Source of the DNA: Bacteroidales bacterium
GTDB lineage: Bacteria > Bacteroidota > Bacteroidia > Bacteroidales > M50B96
DNA: 64,000 nt
Direction: 5' to 3'
Assembly: GCA_021740905.1 (NCBI GenBank)
Contig: JAIOYV010000003.1
Location: 1,737-65,736, forward strand
Shown: positions 39,011 to 48,436 of the stretch, one piece after another
How positions within the stretch are numbered: position 1 is the stretch's first letter
Layout: every line of letters starts with the position of its first letter
The notes under the pieces: generated by a model
What the model saw: the letters and a program-made list of their open reading frames with translations, nothing else
What the model was told of the DNA's origin: nothing
Databases searched by the model: none
Translations under genes and position numbers: made by a program

Positions 39011-39304
39011 TTATACTTTTTCTGAATTTATTTTATCATATTCTTCATGGGTGCCAATAAACCGAATAAACAACCATTGTCTAATAAAATTTATTTCTAC
39101 TATCAATCTGTACTTATTTCCACAAATATTGAAAACGATCCGGCCACTTTTCAGGATACTTGCCTTGGCATATTCCTTTTTAATATCAATAGGGTTATAC
39201 CATTTGGCTTTTGATGCTTCTTTATACCAGGTTTTCAATTGTTGTTCTGAGTCTGTATATTTCTCCCAGAATTCCCTTAGTATTTTTTTCGCAACTACTC
39301 TCAC
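39011..39304 (-). CDS. higB: HigB-type mRNA-interferase toxin
   Basis: 97 aa. MRVVAKKILREFWEKY…NICGNKYRLIVEINF…LFIRFIGTHEEYDKI is the HigB (RelE-superfamily) pattern. The toxin-first gene order fits. Confidence 0.8.
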   Translation of the reverse strand: MRVVAKKILREFWEKYTDSEQQLKTWYKEASKAKWYNPIDIKKEYAKASILKSGRIVFNICGNKYRLIVEINFIRQWLFIRFIGTHEEYDKINSEKV

Positions 39305-39421
39305 TGTTCAAAAAGATTTGCTTCAAAGATACAAAATAGTTACCAATACGGTAATGCTGTTTCCTGTTAAATCATTTTAGGTTTGAAGTATTTTGGCTTG
39401 AATATCAGGTTTGTTCTTAAT

Positions 39422-39895
39422 TCAATATCCAATCTTATTCTCCAACTTATCCCATTCCGTAAAGGCTGCCTGTGCCTCTTCCCGCATCATTGGCTCGAAG
39501 GGTATCATCCGTTTATCAATATCTTTTGATATTTCATCATAGATAAAAAAATCGTCGAAACCGGTGTCGCGGGCATCTTCGCGGGTGTTGGCATAATACA
39601 CCTTGTCGAGGTGTGCCCAGTAAATAGCACCAAGGCACATGGGGCAGGGTTCGCAGGAGGTGTATAATTCGCAACCCGACAAATCGAACGTGTCGAGCTT
39701 TTTACAGGCCGCCCGGATGGTACACACTTCGGCATGGGCAGTGGGGTCGTTGTGTTGGGTTACATGGTTGGCTTGGGCAGCTATAATTTCACCATCCCGT
39801 ACAATTACTGCCCCAAAAGGCCCGCCTCCTTGTTTTACACTTTCGAGGGACAGATCAATTGCTTTCTGCATGAACAACTTCTTCTTCATGTTCAT
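39422..39895 (-). CDS. Guanine deaminase, GuaD-type (cytidine-deaminase fold)
   Basis: 157 aa. GGPFGAVIV…DPTAHAEV…CEPCPMCLGAIYWA…GFDDFFIY closely parallels B. subtilis GuaD as I remember it. It overlaps the lspA 3' end by ~41 nt. Confidence 0.8.
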   Translation of the reverse strand: MNMKKKLFMQKAIDLSLESVKQGGGPFGAVIVRDGEIIAAQANHVTQHNDPTAHAEVCTIRAACKKLDTFDLSGCELYTSCEPCPMCLGAIYWAHLDKVYYANTREDARDTGFDDFFIYDEISKDIDKRMIPFEPMMREEAQAAFTEWDKLENKIGY

Positions 39896-40508
39896 CTGAT
39901 CGCTTTTCGTGTAAAAAAAATCGCTTTTGAAAAATAATAATCAGGGTCACACCCACAGTGATGGCCGAATCGGCAATATTGAAAACCGGCCGAAAAAAAA
40001 CGAATGACTCATTTTTCCAAAATGGTAACCAGCCCGGAAAATGCCCTTTCAGAATGGGGAAGTAAAACATATCGACTACCTTGCCATGGAGAAAGGACGC
40101 ATATCCACCACCCTCTGGAAACAAACGGGCCACATCGTGGTAACTTTCGCTGAAAATCAAACCATAGAAGGCACTGTCGATAATATTGCCAAAGGCCCCC
40201 GCAAAAATTAGGGAAACACTCAAGACCAATCCCAATGGGGCATTTTTCTTATCCAAATAAAAAATATAATAGCCAATGGCTAAACTGGCGATAATGCGGA
40301 AAATGCTCAGGGCAATTTTCCCATATTCGCCACCCAGTTCAACCCCGAAGGCCATGCCCGGATTTTCGGTAAAATGAATGATAAACCAATTCCCAGAAAC
40401 ATTGAATTCCTGGCCCAGGTACATCGTTGTTTTAATCCAGATTTTTAAGGCCTGGTCGATGAATAGGATCAGGAAAATAAGGATAAGAGATTTTTGGAGC
40501 TTTGACAT
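39855..40508 (-). CDS. lspA: Lipoprotein signal peptidase II
   Basis: 217 aa. Motifs include NPGMAFG, GAFGNIIDS and FNIADSAI, with four TM segments. Confidence 0.9.
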   Translation of the reverse strand: MSKLQKSLILIFLILFIDQALKIWIKTTMYLGQEFNVSGNWFIIHFTENPGMAFGVELGGEYGKIALSIFRIIASLAIGYYIFYLDKKNAPLGLVLSVSLIFAGAFGNIIDSAFYGLIFSESYHDVARLFPEGGGYASFLHGKVVDMFYFPILKGHFPGWLPFWKNESFVFFRPVFNIADSAITVGVTLIIIFQKRFFLHEKRSDEHEEEVVHAESN

Positions 40509-40579
40509 CTGTTAAAATTAAAGCAAAAATGATTGGAGACAAGTGTTCCAATCATTTGCTAATTTGATATTCTATTCTA

Positions 40580-40957
40580 TTAACGCTGATTTAGTTTCGC
40601 TTCCATGCTCAGGGTGGCATGTGGTACAGCCCTTAACCGTTCTTTGGAAATAAGTTTTCCGGTTTCGCGACAAATCCCATACGTCTTGTTCTCGATCCTG
40701 ATAAGCGCAGACTGCAAGTGCTGAACAAATTTCAACTGGCGCTGGGCCAAATTTCCGGCCTCTTCTTTCGATAAAACCGAGGCCCCTTCTTCCAACACTT
40801 TAAAAGTTGGCGAGGTGTCCTGGATATCGTTATCGTCGGAATGTGAGATGGTAGCACGCAACAATTCGTAGTCCTTCTGTGCTTTTTCTATCTTTTCAAG
40901 AATTAATTCCTTAAACTCCTGAAGTTCTTCGTCGGTATATCTTTTCTTCTCTGTCAT
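40580..40957 (-). CDS. DksA/TraR-family regulator lacking the 4-Cys zinc finger
   Basis: 125 aa. A coiled-coil N-terminus, then YGICRETGKLISKERLRAVPHATLSMEAK in place of the canonical CxxC…CxxC. Confidence 0.8.
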   Translation of the reverse strand: MTEKKRYTDEELQEFKELILEKIEKAQKDYELLRATISHSDDNDIQDTSPTFKVLEEGASVLSKEEAGNLAQRQLKFVQHLQSALIRIENKTYGICRETGKLISKERLRAVPHATLSMEAKLNQR

Positions 40958-41007
40958 AGCTTAAATTTTTTCTAAATATAACAATTTTTTATTACTTCTG
41001 GTATTTC

Positions 41008-44000
41008 CTAATTAACTTTCGTTACCAAAATAGTTGTCTTGATTTCAGTATCAATTTCAACGTCTTTGCGATCAGCCTCGGGTAGCTCATCGACAAGCAT
41101 GATTGAATTGGCAAGCGTTTGTGTGCTTATATATTCGCTGTGCTTTTCGATGGCAGAGTTGATGCTGTCATGCTTTTGGATCGAGATATTGATTTTGTCG
41201 GTCACATCGAAGCCACTATCTTTTCTGATATTCTGGATCCGGTTGATGAATTCGCGAGCAATCCCTTCGGCCCGTAGTTCCTCGCTTACGGTAATGTCAA
41301 GGGCAATGGTAATGCTGCCATCGTTGGCAACCAACCATCCGGGAATGTCCTGCGTGATGATTTCTACTTCGGCAAGGGTGATTTCGTGCTCTTCGTTTTC
41401 AATCTTCAAAATATATTTTCCGTGTTCCTCGATTTCGCGAATTTCATCTTGCCCAAAATGGTTGATCTGGGCTGCAGCCTGCTTCATCAGTTTGCCAAAA
41501 CGTTTTCCGAGCAAAGCAAAGTTGGGCTTAATCTTCTTCACAAAAACCCCGGTGGTATCGGTTATCAGTTCAAGCTCTTTTACATTAACTTCTGAAAGGA
41601 TGATGTTCTCAACAGCGCGGAATTGCTCAGCCTGATGTACGTCGGCCACAGGTACCATGATTTTCCCGAGTGGCTGCCTCACTTTCAGGTTTACCTTTCG
41701 GCGAAGGCCAAGCACCATGCTCGAAACCTTTTGTGCCAGGTCCATCCTTTCCTCTAAATCTTTAAAAATATGTTTTGGGTTGAAGGATGGGAATTGAGCC
41801 AAATGCACCGACCCAAAAGTATCTCTTCTAGTCACCTTGTTCAAGTCCAGATAAATCCGCTCCATGTAAAAAGGGGCAATAGGTGAGGCCAGCAAAGCCA
41901 CAGTTTCCAGACAGGTGTAAAGGGTTTGGTAGGCCGAAATCTTATCTGTAGAATATTCACCACCCCAGAAACGTTTCCGGCTCAGGCGAACATACCAGTT
42001 GCTCAGGTTTTCGGTAACAAAATTGGAAATGGCGCGCCCGGCACGGGTCGGGAAATAGGTTTCGTAATTATCGCCCACCTCCTCAACCAAGGAATTCAAT
42101 ACCGACAAAATCCAGCGATCTATTTCCGGCCTGTCTTCATAAGAGATTTCTTCTTCTGAATAAGTGAAACCATCGACATTGGCATAAAGCGCGAAAAACG
42201 AAAAGGTATTATACAAGGTGCCGAAGAATTTGCGGCGTACTTCGTCAATTCCGTCGATGTCGAATTTTAGGTTGTCCCAGGGCTGGGCATTGGTGATCAT
42301 ATACCAGCGCAAGGGGTCGGAGCCATACTTTTCGATGGTCGCGAAAGGATCGACAGCATTGCCCAAACGTTTGGACATTTTGTTGCCACTCTTGTCAAGG
42401 ACCAGACCATTCGAGATAATATTTTTGAATGATACCGAATCGGAAATCATGGTAGCAATGGCATGAAGCGTGAAGAACCAACCGCGGGTCTGGTCTACCC
42501 CTTCGGCAATAAAATCGGCAGGGAAAACTTTGTCGAAAGTTTCCTTATTCTCGAAAGGATAATGGAATTGCGCATACGGCATTGCGCCCGAATCGAACCA
42601 TACATCAATCAAGTCGGGTTCGCGGAACATCTTTTGGCCAGTTGCCGAAACTAACGTGATGCGGTCGGCATAAGGCCGGTGCAAGTCGAAGGTCCCGTAA
42701 TTTTCGGAAGTAAAATTGCCAGGCTTAAAGTCAGCTAATGGGTTTTTCTTCATAAAACCGGCAGCCATTGATTTATCAATTTCAGCTTTCAATTCTTCGG
42801 CAGAGCCTATACAGGCCATTTCGGTGCGGTCTTCAGTAACCCATATTGGCAAAGGTGTCCCCCAGAACCGCGAACGGCTAAGGTTCCAATCCACCAGGTT
42901 TTCGAGCCACTTCCCAAATCGCCCGGTTCCGGTCGATGGCGGGTTCCAGTTGATGGTTTCGTTCAATTCCATCATCCGATCCTTAAAAGCGGTGGTCTTC
43001 ACAAACCACGAATCGAGGGGGTAATACAAAACCGGCTTATCAGTACGCCAACAATGTGGATAGTTGTGTACGTGTTTTTCAACCTTGAAAGCTTTGTTCT
43101 CTTCTTTCAGTTGGATCGAAATTTTTATGTCAATTGTGGGGTCGTTTTCCGTGAGGTTCGGGTCGTATTCGTTTTTCACAAACATCCCGGCATATTCGGA
43201 GTACAGCTCTTTGTTGACAAATCCCTTCACAAAACCCGGATCCAAATCTTCGATGGGGTACATGCGTCCCTGTTTGTCAACCATTGGTTGTAATTTCCCA
43301 GAGTTATCGATCACCATCAATGGAACAATCCCACTTTGTTTGGCCACTCTATCATCGTCTGCACCGAAGGTGGGAGCTATGTGAACGATCCCGGTACCAT
43401 CTTCGGTAGTCACAAAATCGCCGGTTATTACCCGGAAAGCATCACCATCAGGTTTTACCCAGGGAATCAGTTGCTCGTAAGTAACACCAGTCAAATGGGT
43501 GCCTGTATATTCGCCAAATACATGGTGAGGGATATGTTTATCACCTTCGTGGTATTCTTCCAATTTTAGCTCATCATTTTTTTCAGGAAAATAATTTCTG
43601 AAAAGATCCTTTGCCAAAATTACAGTTATGGGCCGATATGTATAGGGATTGAAGGTCTTTACTTTTACATACTTGATATTTGCCCCAACAGCCAATGCGG
43701 TATTCGACGGGAGTGTCCAGGGCGTAGTTGTCCAGGCCAGGAAAAAAAGTTCGGAATCGACACCTTCAAACAAAAACTCCGACTTTTCGTTCCTGATCAC
43801 CTTGAACTGGCCAATGGCCGTGGTGTCTTTTACATCGCGGTAGGAGCCTGGCTGGTTCAGTTCGTGTGAGCTTAAACCGGTTCCGGCAGCTGGCGAATAA
43901 GGTTGAATGGTGTAGCCCTTGTACAACAATCCTTTTTCGAAAAGTTGTTTGAGCAACCACCAAAGGGTTTCGATGTAGCGGTTGTCGTACGTAATGTAAG

Positions 44001-44442
44001 GGTGTTCCATGTCGACCCAGTAGCCCATTTTGTGGGTCAGGTCTTCCCACAGGTCGGTGTATTTCATCACATCGGTGCGGCAAGCCTGGTTATACTCTTC
44101 AACAGTAATCTTTTTTCCAATATCTTCTTTGGTGATTCCCAGGGATTTTTCTACACCCAGCTCCACAGGGAGGCCATGGGTATCCCATCCGGCTTTCCGT
44201 TCAACTTTAAATCCTTTTAGTGTTTTATAGCGGCAGAAAATATCCTTAATAGTTCGGGCCATGACATGGTGGATGCCTGGTTTTCCATTAGCTGATGGAG
44301 GTCCTTCGTAAAAAATGTAGTTGGGCCCACCCTCCCGGGTGTCGATACTCTTCGCGAAAGTATTGTTTTCGGCCCAAACTTTTAATATATCTTTGTTTAT
44401 TGCTGATAAATCTAATCCTTGATATTCAGGAAATTTACTCAT
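41008..44442 (-). CDS. ileS: Isoleucine--tRNA ligase (long, type-2 form)
   Basis: 1144 aa. HIGH-type motif PSANGKPGIHH, KMSKR motif, and a CP1 editing insertion. Confidence 0.95.
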   Translation of the reverse strand: MSKFPEYQGLDLSAINKDILKVWAENNTFAKSIDTREGGPNYIFYEGPPSANGKPGIHHVMARTIKDIFCRYKTLKGFKVERKAGWDTHGLPVELGVEKSLGITKEDIGKKITVEEYNQACRTDVMKYTDLWEDLTHKMGYWVDMEHPYITYDNRYIETLWWLLKQLFEKGLLYKGYTIQPYSPAAGTGLSSHELNQPGSYRDVKDTTAIGQFKVIRNEKSEFLFEGVDSELFFLAWTTTPWTLPSNTALAVGANIKYVKVKTFNPYTYRPITVILAKDLFRNYFPEKNDELKLEEYHEGDKHIPHHVFGEYTGTHLTGVTYEQLIPWVKPDGDAFRVITGDFVTTEDGTGIVHIAPTFGADDDRVAKQSGIVPLMVIDNSGKLQPMVDKQGRMYPIEDLDPGFVKGFVNKELYSEYAGMFVKNEYDPNLTENDPTIDIKISIQLKEENKAFKVEKHVHNYPHCWRTDKPVLYYPLDSWFVKTTAFKDRMMELNETINWNPPSTGTGRFGKWLENLVDWNLSRSRFWGTPLPIWVTEDRTEMACIGSAEELKAEIDKSMAAGFMKKNPLADFKPGNFTSENYGTFDLHRPYADRITLVSATGQKMFREPDLIDVWFDSGAMPYAQFHYPFENKETFDKVFPADFIAEGVDQTRGWFFTLHAIATMISDSVSFKNIISNGLVLDKSGNKMSKRLGNAVDPFATIEKYGSDPLRWYMITNAQPWDNLKFDIDGIDEVRRKFFGTLYNTFSFFALYANVDGFTYSEEEISYEDRPEIDRWILSVLNSLVEEVGDNYETYFPTRAGRAISNFVTENLSNWYVRLSRKRFWGGEYSTDKISAYQTLYTCLETVALLASPIAPFYMERIYLDLNKVTRRDTFGSVHLAQFPSFNPKHIFKDLEERMDLAQKVSSMVLGLRRKVNLKVRQPLGKIMVPVADVHQAEQFRAVENIILSEVNVKELELITDTTGVFVKKIKPNFALLGKRFGKLMKQAAAQINHFGQDEIREIEEHGKYILKIENEEHEITLAEVEIITQDIPGWLVANDGSITIALDITVSEELRAEGIAREFINRIQNIRKDSGFDVTDKINISIQKHDSINSAIEKHSEYISTQTLANSIMLVDELPEADRKDVEIDTEIKTTILVTKVN

Positions 44443-44822
44443 TCTATTCTCTATTTGTACTGATTTTCAAAAAATTTCACAAATATAGTCCATCGCATAA
44501 GAAATACAATCGCTAAAGAGTAAATATGAATAATCGCCACTGATTATTCGCAGAATCAATTTATTGTGTTCAAGGGAATGTTCACAGATTAGGTTAATTC
44601 CCTCAGATGGATTTAATTTATCTTCCATAATTATTCAATTTTAATTCTGGGTAAGTGCGGGGAAAACAATCCTAATATAGTAGAAACCCTGAAATGGGTT
44701 CCGTGTTAGTTTCTTTGTGGAGTTGCATATCTAGCTATTAACCTGTCGCTTACAAAACACTGTCATTGGTTAAAAAACAGTTTTGTCGATTTTGCCTTCC
44801 ATCAGCCAACGATTTTTCTATT

Positions 44823-45857
44823 TTATTTTACGATCGAATCGCGAAGTTTGAGAAAGGGCCTCTCAATGATATAGGAGCACGCTACCCCAATTACGATGGC
44901 CAATGAAATGGAGAGGGCCGAGGATTGCATAGGGTTCAACTCGAACTTTTCGGCTATGTCGACCGCCATTAAATGCCACAGGTAAATGGAGTAGGAATGG
45001 ACCCCGATGAAACACAATAAGCGCACAGCCTGTTTGGGTAGTTTTATCACTAAATAGTTTGAGGCATGGGTGTATTTCAATGAAAGCAAGGTGAAAATCC
45101 CAAAGCCCAGATTTACGGTCGTCAAGCCGATGGTATTCATAAAATAGCCACCGCCCCTGAAAATGAACCCGGGGAGGATCAAGATTATGGCGATCGCAAA
45201 AAGTGATTTCTTCCATTTTAGAAAGGAATCGTAAAACCCGGTGAAGTGATATAAATAGGAGATGAGCACACCAATAATGATCCCATCGGAGCGGAGGTGG
45301 GTTTGGACAAAACTGAAACTTTCCTCGTGCCGGTGGGGGTACGACACATACAACCTCATTAGAAAGGTGCTTGTCAACAGGACTACCAAGAAAGAAATGA
45401 TCAACTTTCGGTTCGTTAAAACCTTGCTTTTTATGGCGATGAAAACAAGAAGTGCCAATCCCAAATAAAAATGCTCTTCGACGGCCAACGACCAGGTGTG
45501 GTTCCAAATTCGCGGCAGGTAACTTTGAACATAAAAAGCTTCCGACAGAATATGCCTAAGCTGAGGAAAAGAATCTGTCTTGAAGAAATGGACAAATATG
45601 CCCACCACCATGAAAATATAAAAAGGGGGGTATATTTTGAACCCGCGCCGGATGAGAAACCGTTTTAAGTTTACTTCGCCCACCCGTTTGTATTCCCTGA
45701 AAATAAGACCCGAGACCAGAAAGCCGCTAAGCACAAAAAACAAATCGACACCCAGCCAGCCAAAGTCTTTTATAATATTGTTTTCGAGGTTGCTGTGCCG
45801 AAACAACACTAAAATAATTGCCAAACCGCGTAAAAGATCTAATCCTGGTATTCGCAT
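44823..45857 (-). CDS. Acyltransferase family 3 membrane protein
   Basis: 344 aa. The N-terminus GLDLLRGLAIILVLFRH is followed by ~10 TM helices. Confidence 0.8.
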   Translation of the reverse strand: MRIPGLDLLRGLAIILVLFRHSNLENNIIKDFGWLGVDLFFVLSGFLVSGLIFREYKRVGEVNLKRFLIRRGFKIYPPFYIFMVVGIFVHFFKTDSFPQLRHILSEAFYVQSYLPRIWNHTWSLAVEEHFYLGLALLVFIAIKSKVLTNRKLIISFLVVLLTSTFLMRLYVSYPHRHEESFSFVQTHLRSDGIIIGVLISYLYHFTGFYDSFLKWKKSLFAIAIILILPGFIFRGGGYFMNTIGLTTVNLGFGIFTLLSLKYTHASNYLVIKLPKQAVRLLCFIGVHSYSIYLWHLMAVDIAEKFELNPMQSSALSISLAIVIGVACSYIIERPFLKLRDSIVK

Positions 45858-46057
45858 CCGATGTTGAAATGTCCTGTTGCAAAATAGCCGGTAAAGGTAA
45901 AAGATTTATGGAATGGGAGGATGTTGAATGTTAGACAAGTTACACTACAAACTTCTTATTTCAACCATCCAAAATACTTTTTTCATCGAGTTGATCGAAT
46001 TTCTCCTGCCAAGGCAGCTAGGAATTCGATTAATTCGTAAATTTTTTTTATTAATAT

Positions 46058-47959
46058 TTAGCCAATCCTCCCTTTAATGATTTCATCCACTAAATCAGGA
46101 TCGAGCATCGTGGAAATATCACCTAAGTCGGAATAATTATTTTCGGCGATTTTTCGTAAGATCCGGCGCATGATTTTCCCTGACCGGGTTTTTGGCAAGC
46201 CGCTTACAATTTGCACCCTGTCGGGCTTGGCAATGGGGCTGATGATTTTGGAAACCCCTTTGATCACACTGTTTCGGATACCTTCCTCGCCTCCCGTGGA
46301 CAGTTCGCTACACACCACAAAAGCATAAATGCCCTGGCCTTTTATTTCGTGGGGATAGCCCACTACTGCCGATTCGTGCACCAGTGGATGCTCATTAATC
46401 GCATTTTCGATTTCGGCGGTCCCCAGGTTGTGGCCCGAAACCACAATCACATCGTCGACCCTTCCGAGCAAGCGGTAATAGCCATCTTCGTCGCGCTTCA
46501 CGCCATCGCCGGTAAAGTAGTAGCCTTTGAATTTTGAGAAATACACGTTTTTGCACCTTTCATGATCGCCATAAATGGTACGCAACATGCCCGGCCAGGG
46601 GAATTTTATGCACAGGTTGCCCTCTACATTTCTTCCACTTAATTCCTTTCCTTCATTGTCGAGGACAACGGGTTGAATTCCTGGAATCGGGAGTGTGGCA
46701 AACGATGGCTTTGTGGGGATGATCCCTGCCAGCGGGCTGATTGAAATACCTCCTGTTTCGGTTTGCCACCAGGTGTCAACAATGGGGCAGTTGCCTTTGC
46801 CAATGTGGTCGTGGTACCAGTGCCAGGCCTCTTCGTTAATTGGTTCGCCTACCGTACCCAGTACTTTGAGTGAACGGAGCGATTTGTTATCCAGAGGCTC
46901 CTCGCCATAGGTCATCAGCGAGCGGAGTGCTGTGGGTGCTGTATATAGTTGGTTTACCTGGTATTTGTCGACTATTTCCCAAAGGCGGCCTTCGTCAGGG
47001 AAAGTGGGGATGCCCTCGAACATGAGAGTTTTTGCACCGCAAAGCAAGGGGCCATAAATAATGTACGAATGTCCTGTAATCCAGCCAATGTCAGCCGTGC
47101 AAAAGAACATATCATTGTCGCTATATTGAAACACATTTTTAAAGGTGTAGGCCGAATAAACCATATAGCCCCCTGTGGTATGGACAATCCCTTTGGGCTT
47201 GCCTGTCGAACCTGATGTATAAAGAATGAAAAGCATGTCTTCGGAATCCATTTCCGCAGCTTCGTTTTCTTCCGGCATATCTTGTATGGCATCGTGCCAC
47301 CAGATATCCCTTCCGGCTTTCATGTCAACGGCGCCGCCAGTCCTTTCAACCACAACCACATTTTCAACACTTGGGCAATCCGTAAGGGATTCGTCCACGA
47401 TGGCTTTTATCTGGATGGTTTTATTTCCCCGATAGCCTTCATCGGAAGTGATCACCATTTTGGCCTGGGCATCGTTTATCCGTTCTACCAGCGACTTGGC
47501 CGAAAAGCCTGCAAACACGATGGAATGGATGGCCCCGATCCGAGCACAGGCAAGCATGGCAATGGCCAGCTCGGGGATCATGGGCATATAGATAACCACC
47601 CGGTCGCCTTTTTCGATGCCCATTTTTTGCAAGGCATTCGCAAATTGGTTTACCTTTTTGAAAAGTTCTTCGTACGTTAGGGTGATTCCTTCCTCTTCAG
47701 GATTGTTTGGTTCCCAGATAATGGCGGGTTGATCTTTTCGCAGGAACATATTCCGCTCAAAAATATTCTCGGTAATATTCAGCTTTCCGTTGAGAAACCA
47801 TTTAACGGAAGGCTCCTCAAAATTCCAGTCCAGTACTTTATCCCATTTTTTTCGCCAATAAAATGCTTCAGCCTGATGGGTCCAAAATAATTTGGGGTTT
47901 TCTACACTTTCCTGGTATTCCCGGATATAGCCACCTAAGGTTGTAATCTTTCGTATCAT
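46058..47959 (-). CDS. acs: Acetyl-CoA synthetase (AMP-forming)
   Basis: The track ORF extends to 48013; ATG at 47959 (MIRKITTLGGYIREYQES…) is preferred. Motifs: YTSGSTGKPKG, WWQTETGG, YFTGDG, and SGKIMRRILRKI. Confidence 0.9.
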   Translation of the reverse strand: MIRKITTLGGYIREYQESVENPKLFWTHQAEAFYWRKKWDKVLDWNFEEPSVKWFLNGKLNITENIFERNMFLRKDQPAIIWEPNNPEEEGITLTYEELFKKVNQFANALQKMGIEKGDRVVIYMPMIPELAIAMLACARIGAIHSIVFAGFSAKSLVERINDAQAKMVITSDEGYRGNKTIQIKAIVDESLTDCPSVENVVVVERTGGAVDMKAGRDIWWHDAIQDMPEENEAAEMDSEDMLFILYTSGSTGKPKGIVHTTGGYMVYSAYTFKNVFQYSDNDMFFCTADIGWITGHSYIIYGPLLCGAKTLMFEGIPTFPDEGRLWEIVDKYQVNQLYTAPTALRSLMTYGEEPLDNKSLRSLKVLGTVGEPINEEAWHWYHDHIGKGNCPIVDTWWQTETGGISISPLAGIIPTKPSFATLPIPGIQPVVLDNEGKELSGRNVEGNLCIKFPWPGMLRTIYGDHERCKNVYFSKFKGYYFTGDGVKRDEDGYYRLLGRVDDVIVVSGHNLGTAEIENAINEHPLVHESAVVGYPHEIKGQGIYAFVVCSELSTGGEEGIRNSVIKGVSKIISPIAKPDRVQIVSGLPKTRSGKIMRRILRKIAENNYSDLGDISTMLDPDLVDEIIKGRIG

Positions 47960-48436
47960 AGCCTGAATTTTTGTTTGTATCCTGATCAATAAAAATGAAT
48001 AATACAAAGACAAAAAAGGCTGGGTGAATGTTCATTTAGACTGGGAACTTGACAAAAGAGAAAGATGAATAACAGACGAGGGGGCACCCACAACGGCGCA
48101 AAAAGTTGGTGAATATATGCAATTCGCAAAAGGTTGTTTTTTAGGAATGGTATGGATTGCAAATCCTAATTAACCAAGTTCGAGAGAAGACTGCAATCTC
48201 TTTATTGTGAGGTTTAATCGCTTTACCATTGCTAGAATATTTTTAATCGTCTTATCGCGAATTCTGTTGATATAAAATGTTTCGTCCATTCGTCAACAGA
48301 AGCTAATTTTTTCATTACAAAAAACTTAGTATAATATCATTCTAAAAAAGAACCTTTTAGTTGAAAATGACTATCTTTAAGACCTTTTAATTTGAAATGA
48401 ACAACTACATATTAAACACATTTAATTCGTAAAACT

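Noticed and set aside
41039-41635. 198-aa plus-strand ORF (and several others between 41.3 and 44.5 kb)
   Set aside because: It is antisense within ileS, whose identity is unambiguous. No independent coding evidence exists.
44752-44767. Exact 16-mer acaaaacactgtcatt shared with 55548..55563
   Set aside because: Roughly one chance 16-mer match is expected when comparing a 64-kb window with itself on both strands, and the flanks do not align. This is not enough on its own to call a repeat family.
44863-45507. 214-aa minus-strand ORF in another frame of the acyltransferase gene
   Set aside because: It overlaps the 344-aa acyltransferase-3 ORF, which has the recognisable N-terminal motif and TM pattern. 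The alternative frame has an implausible composition.
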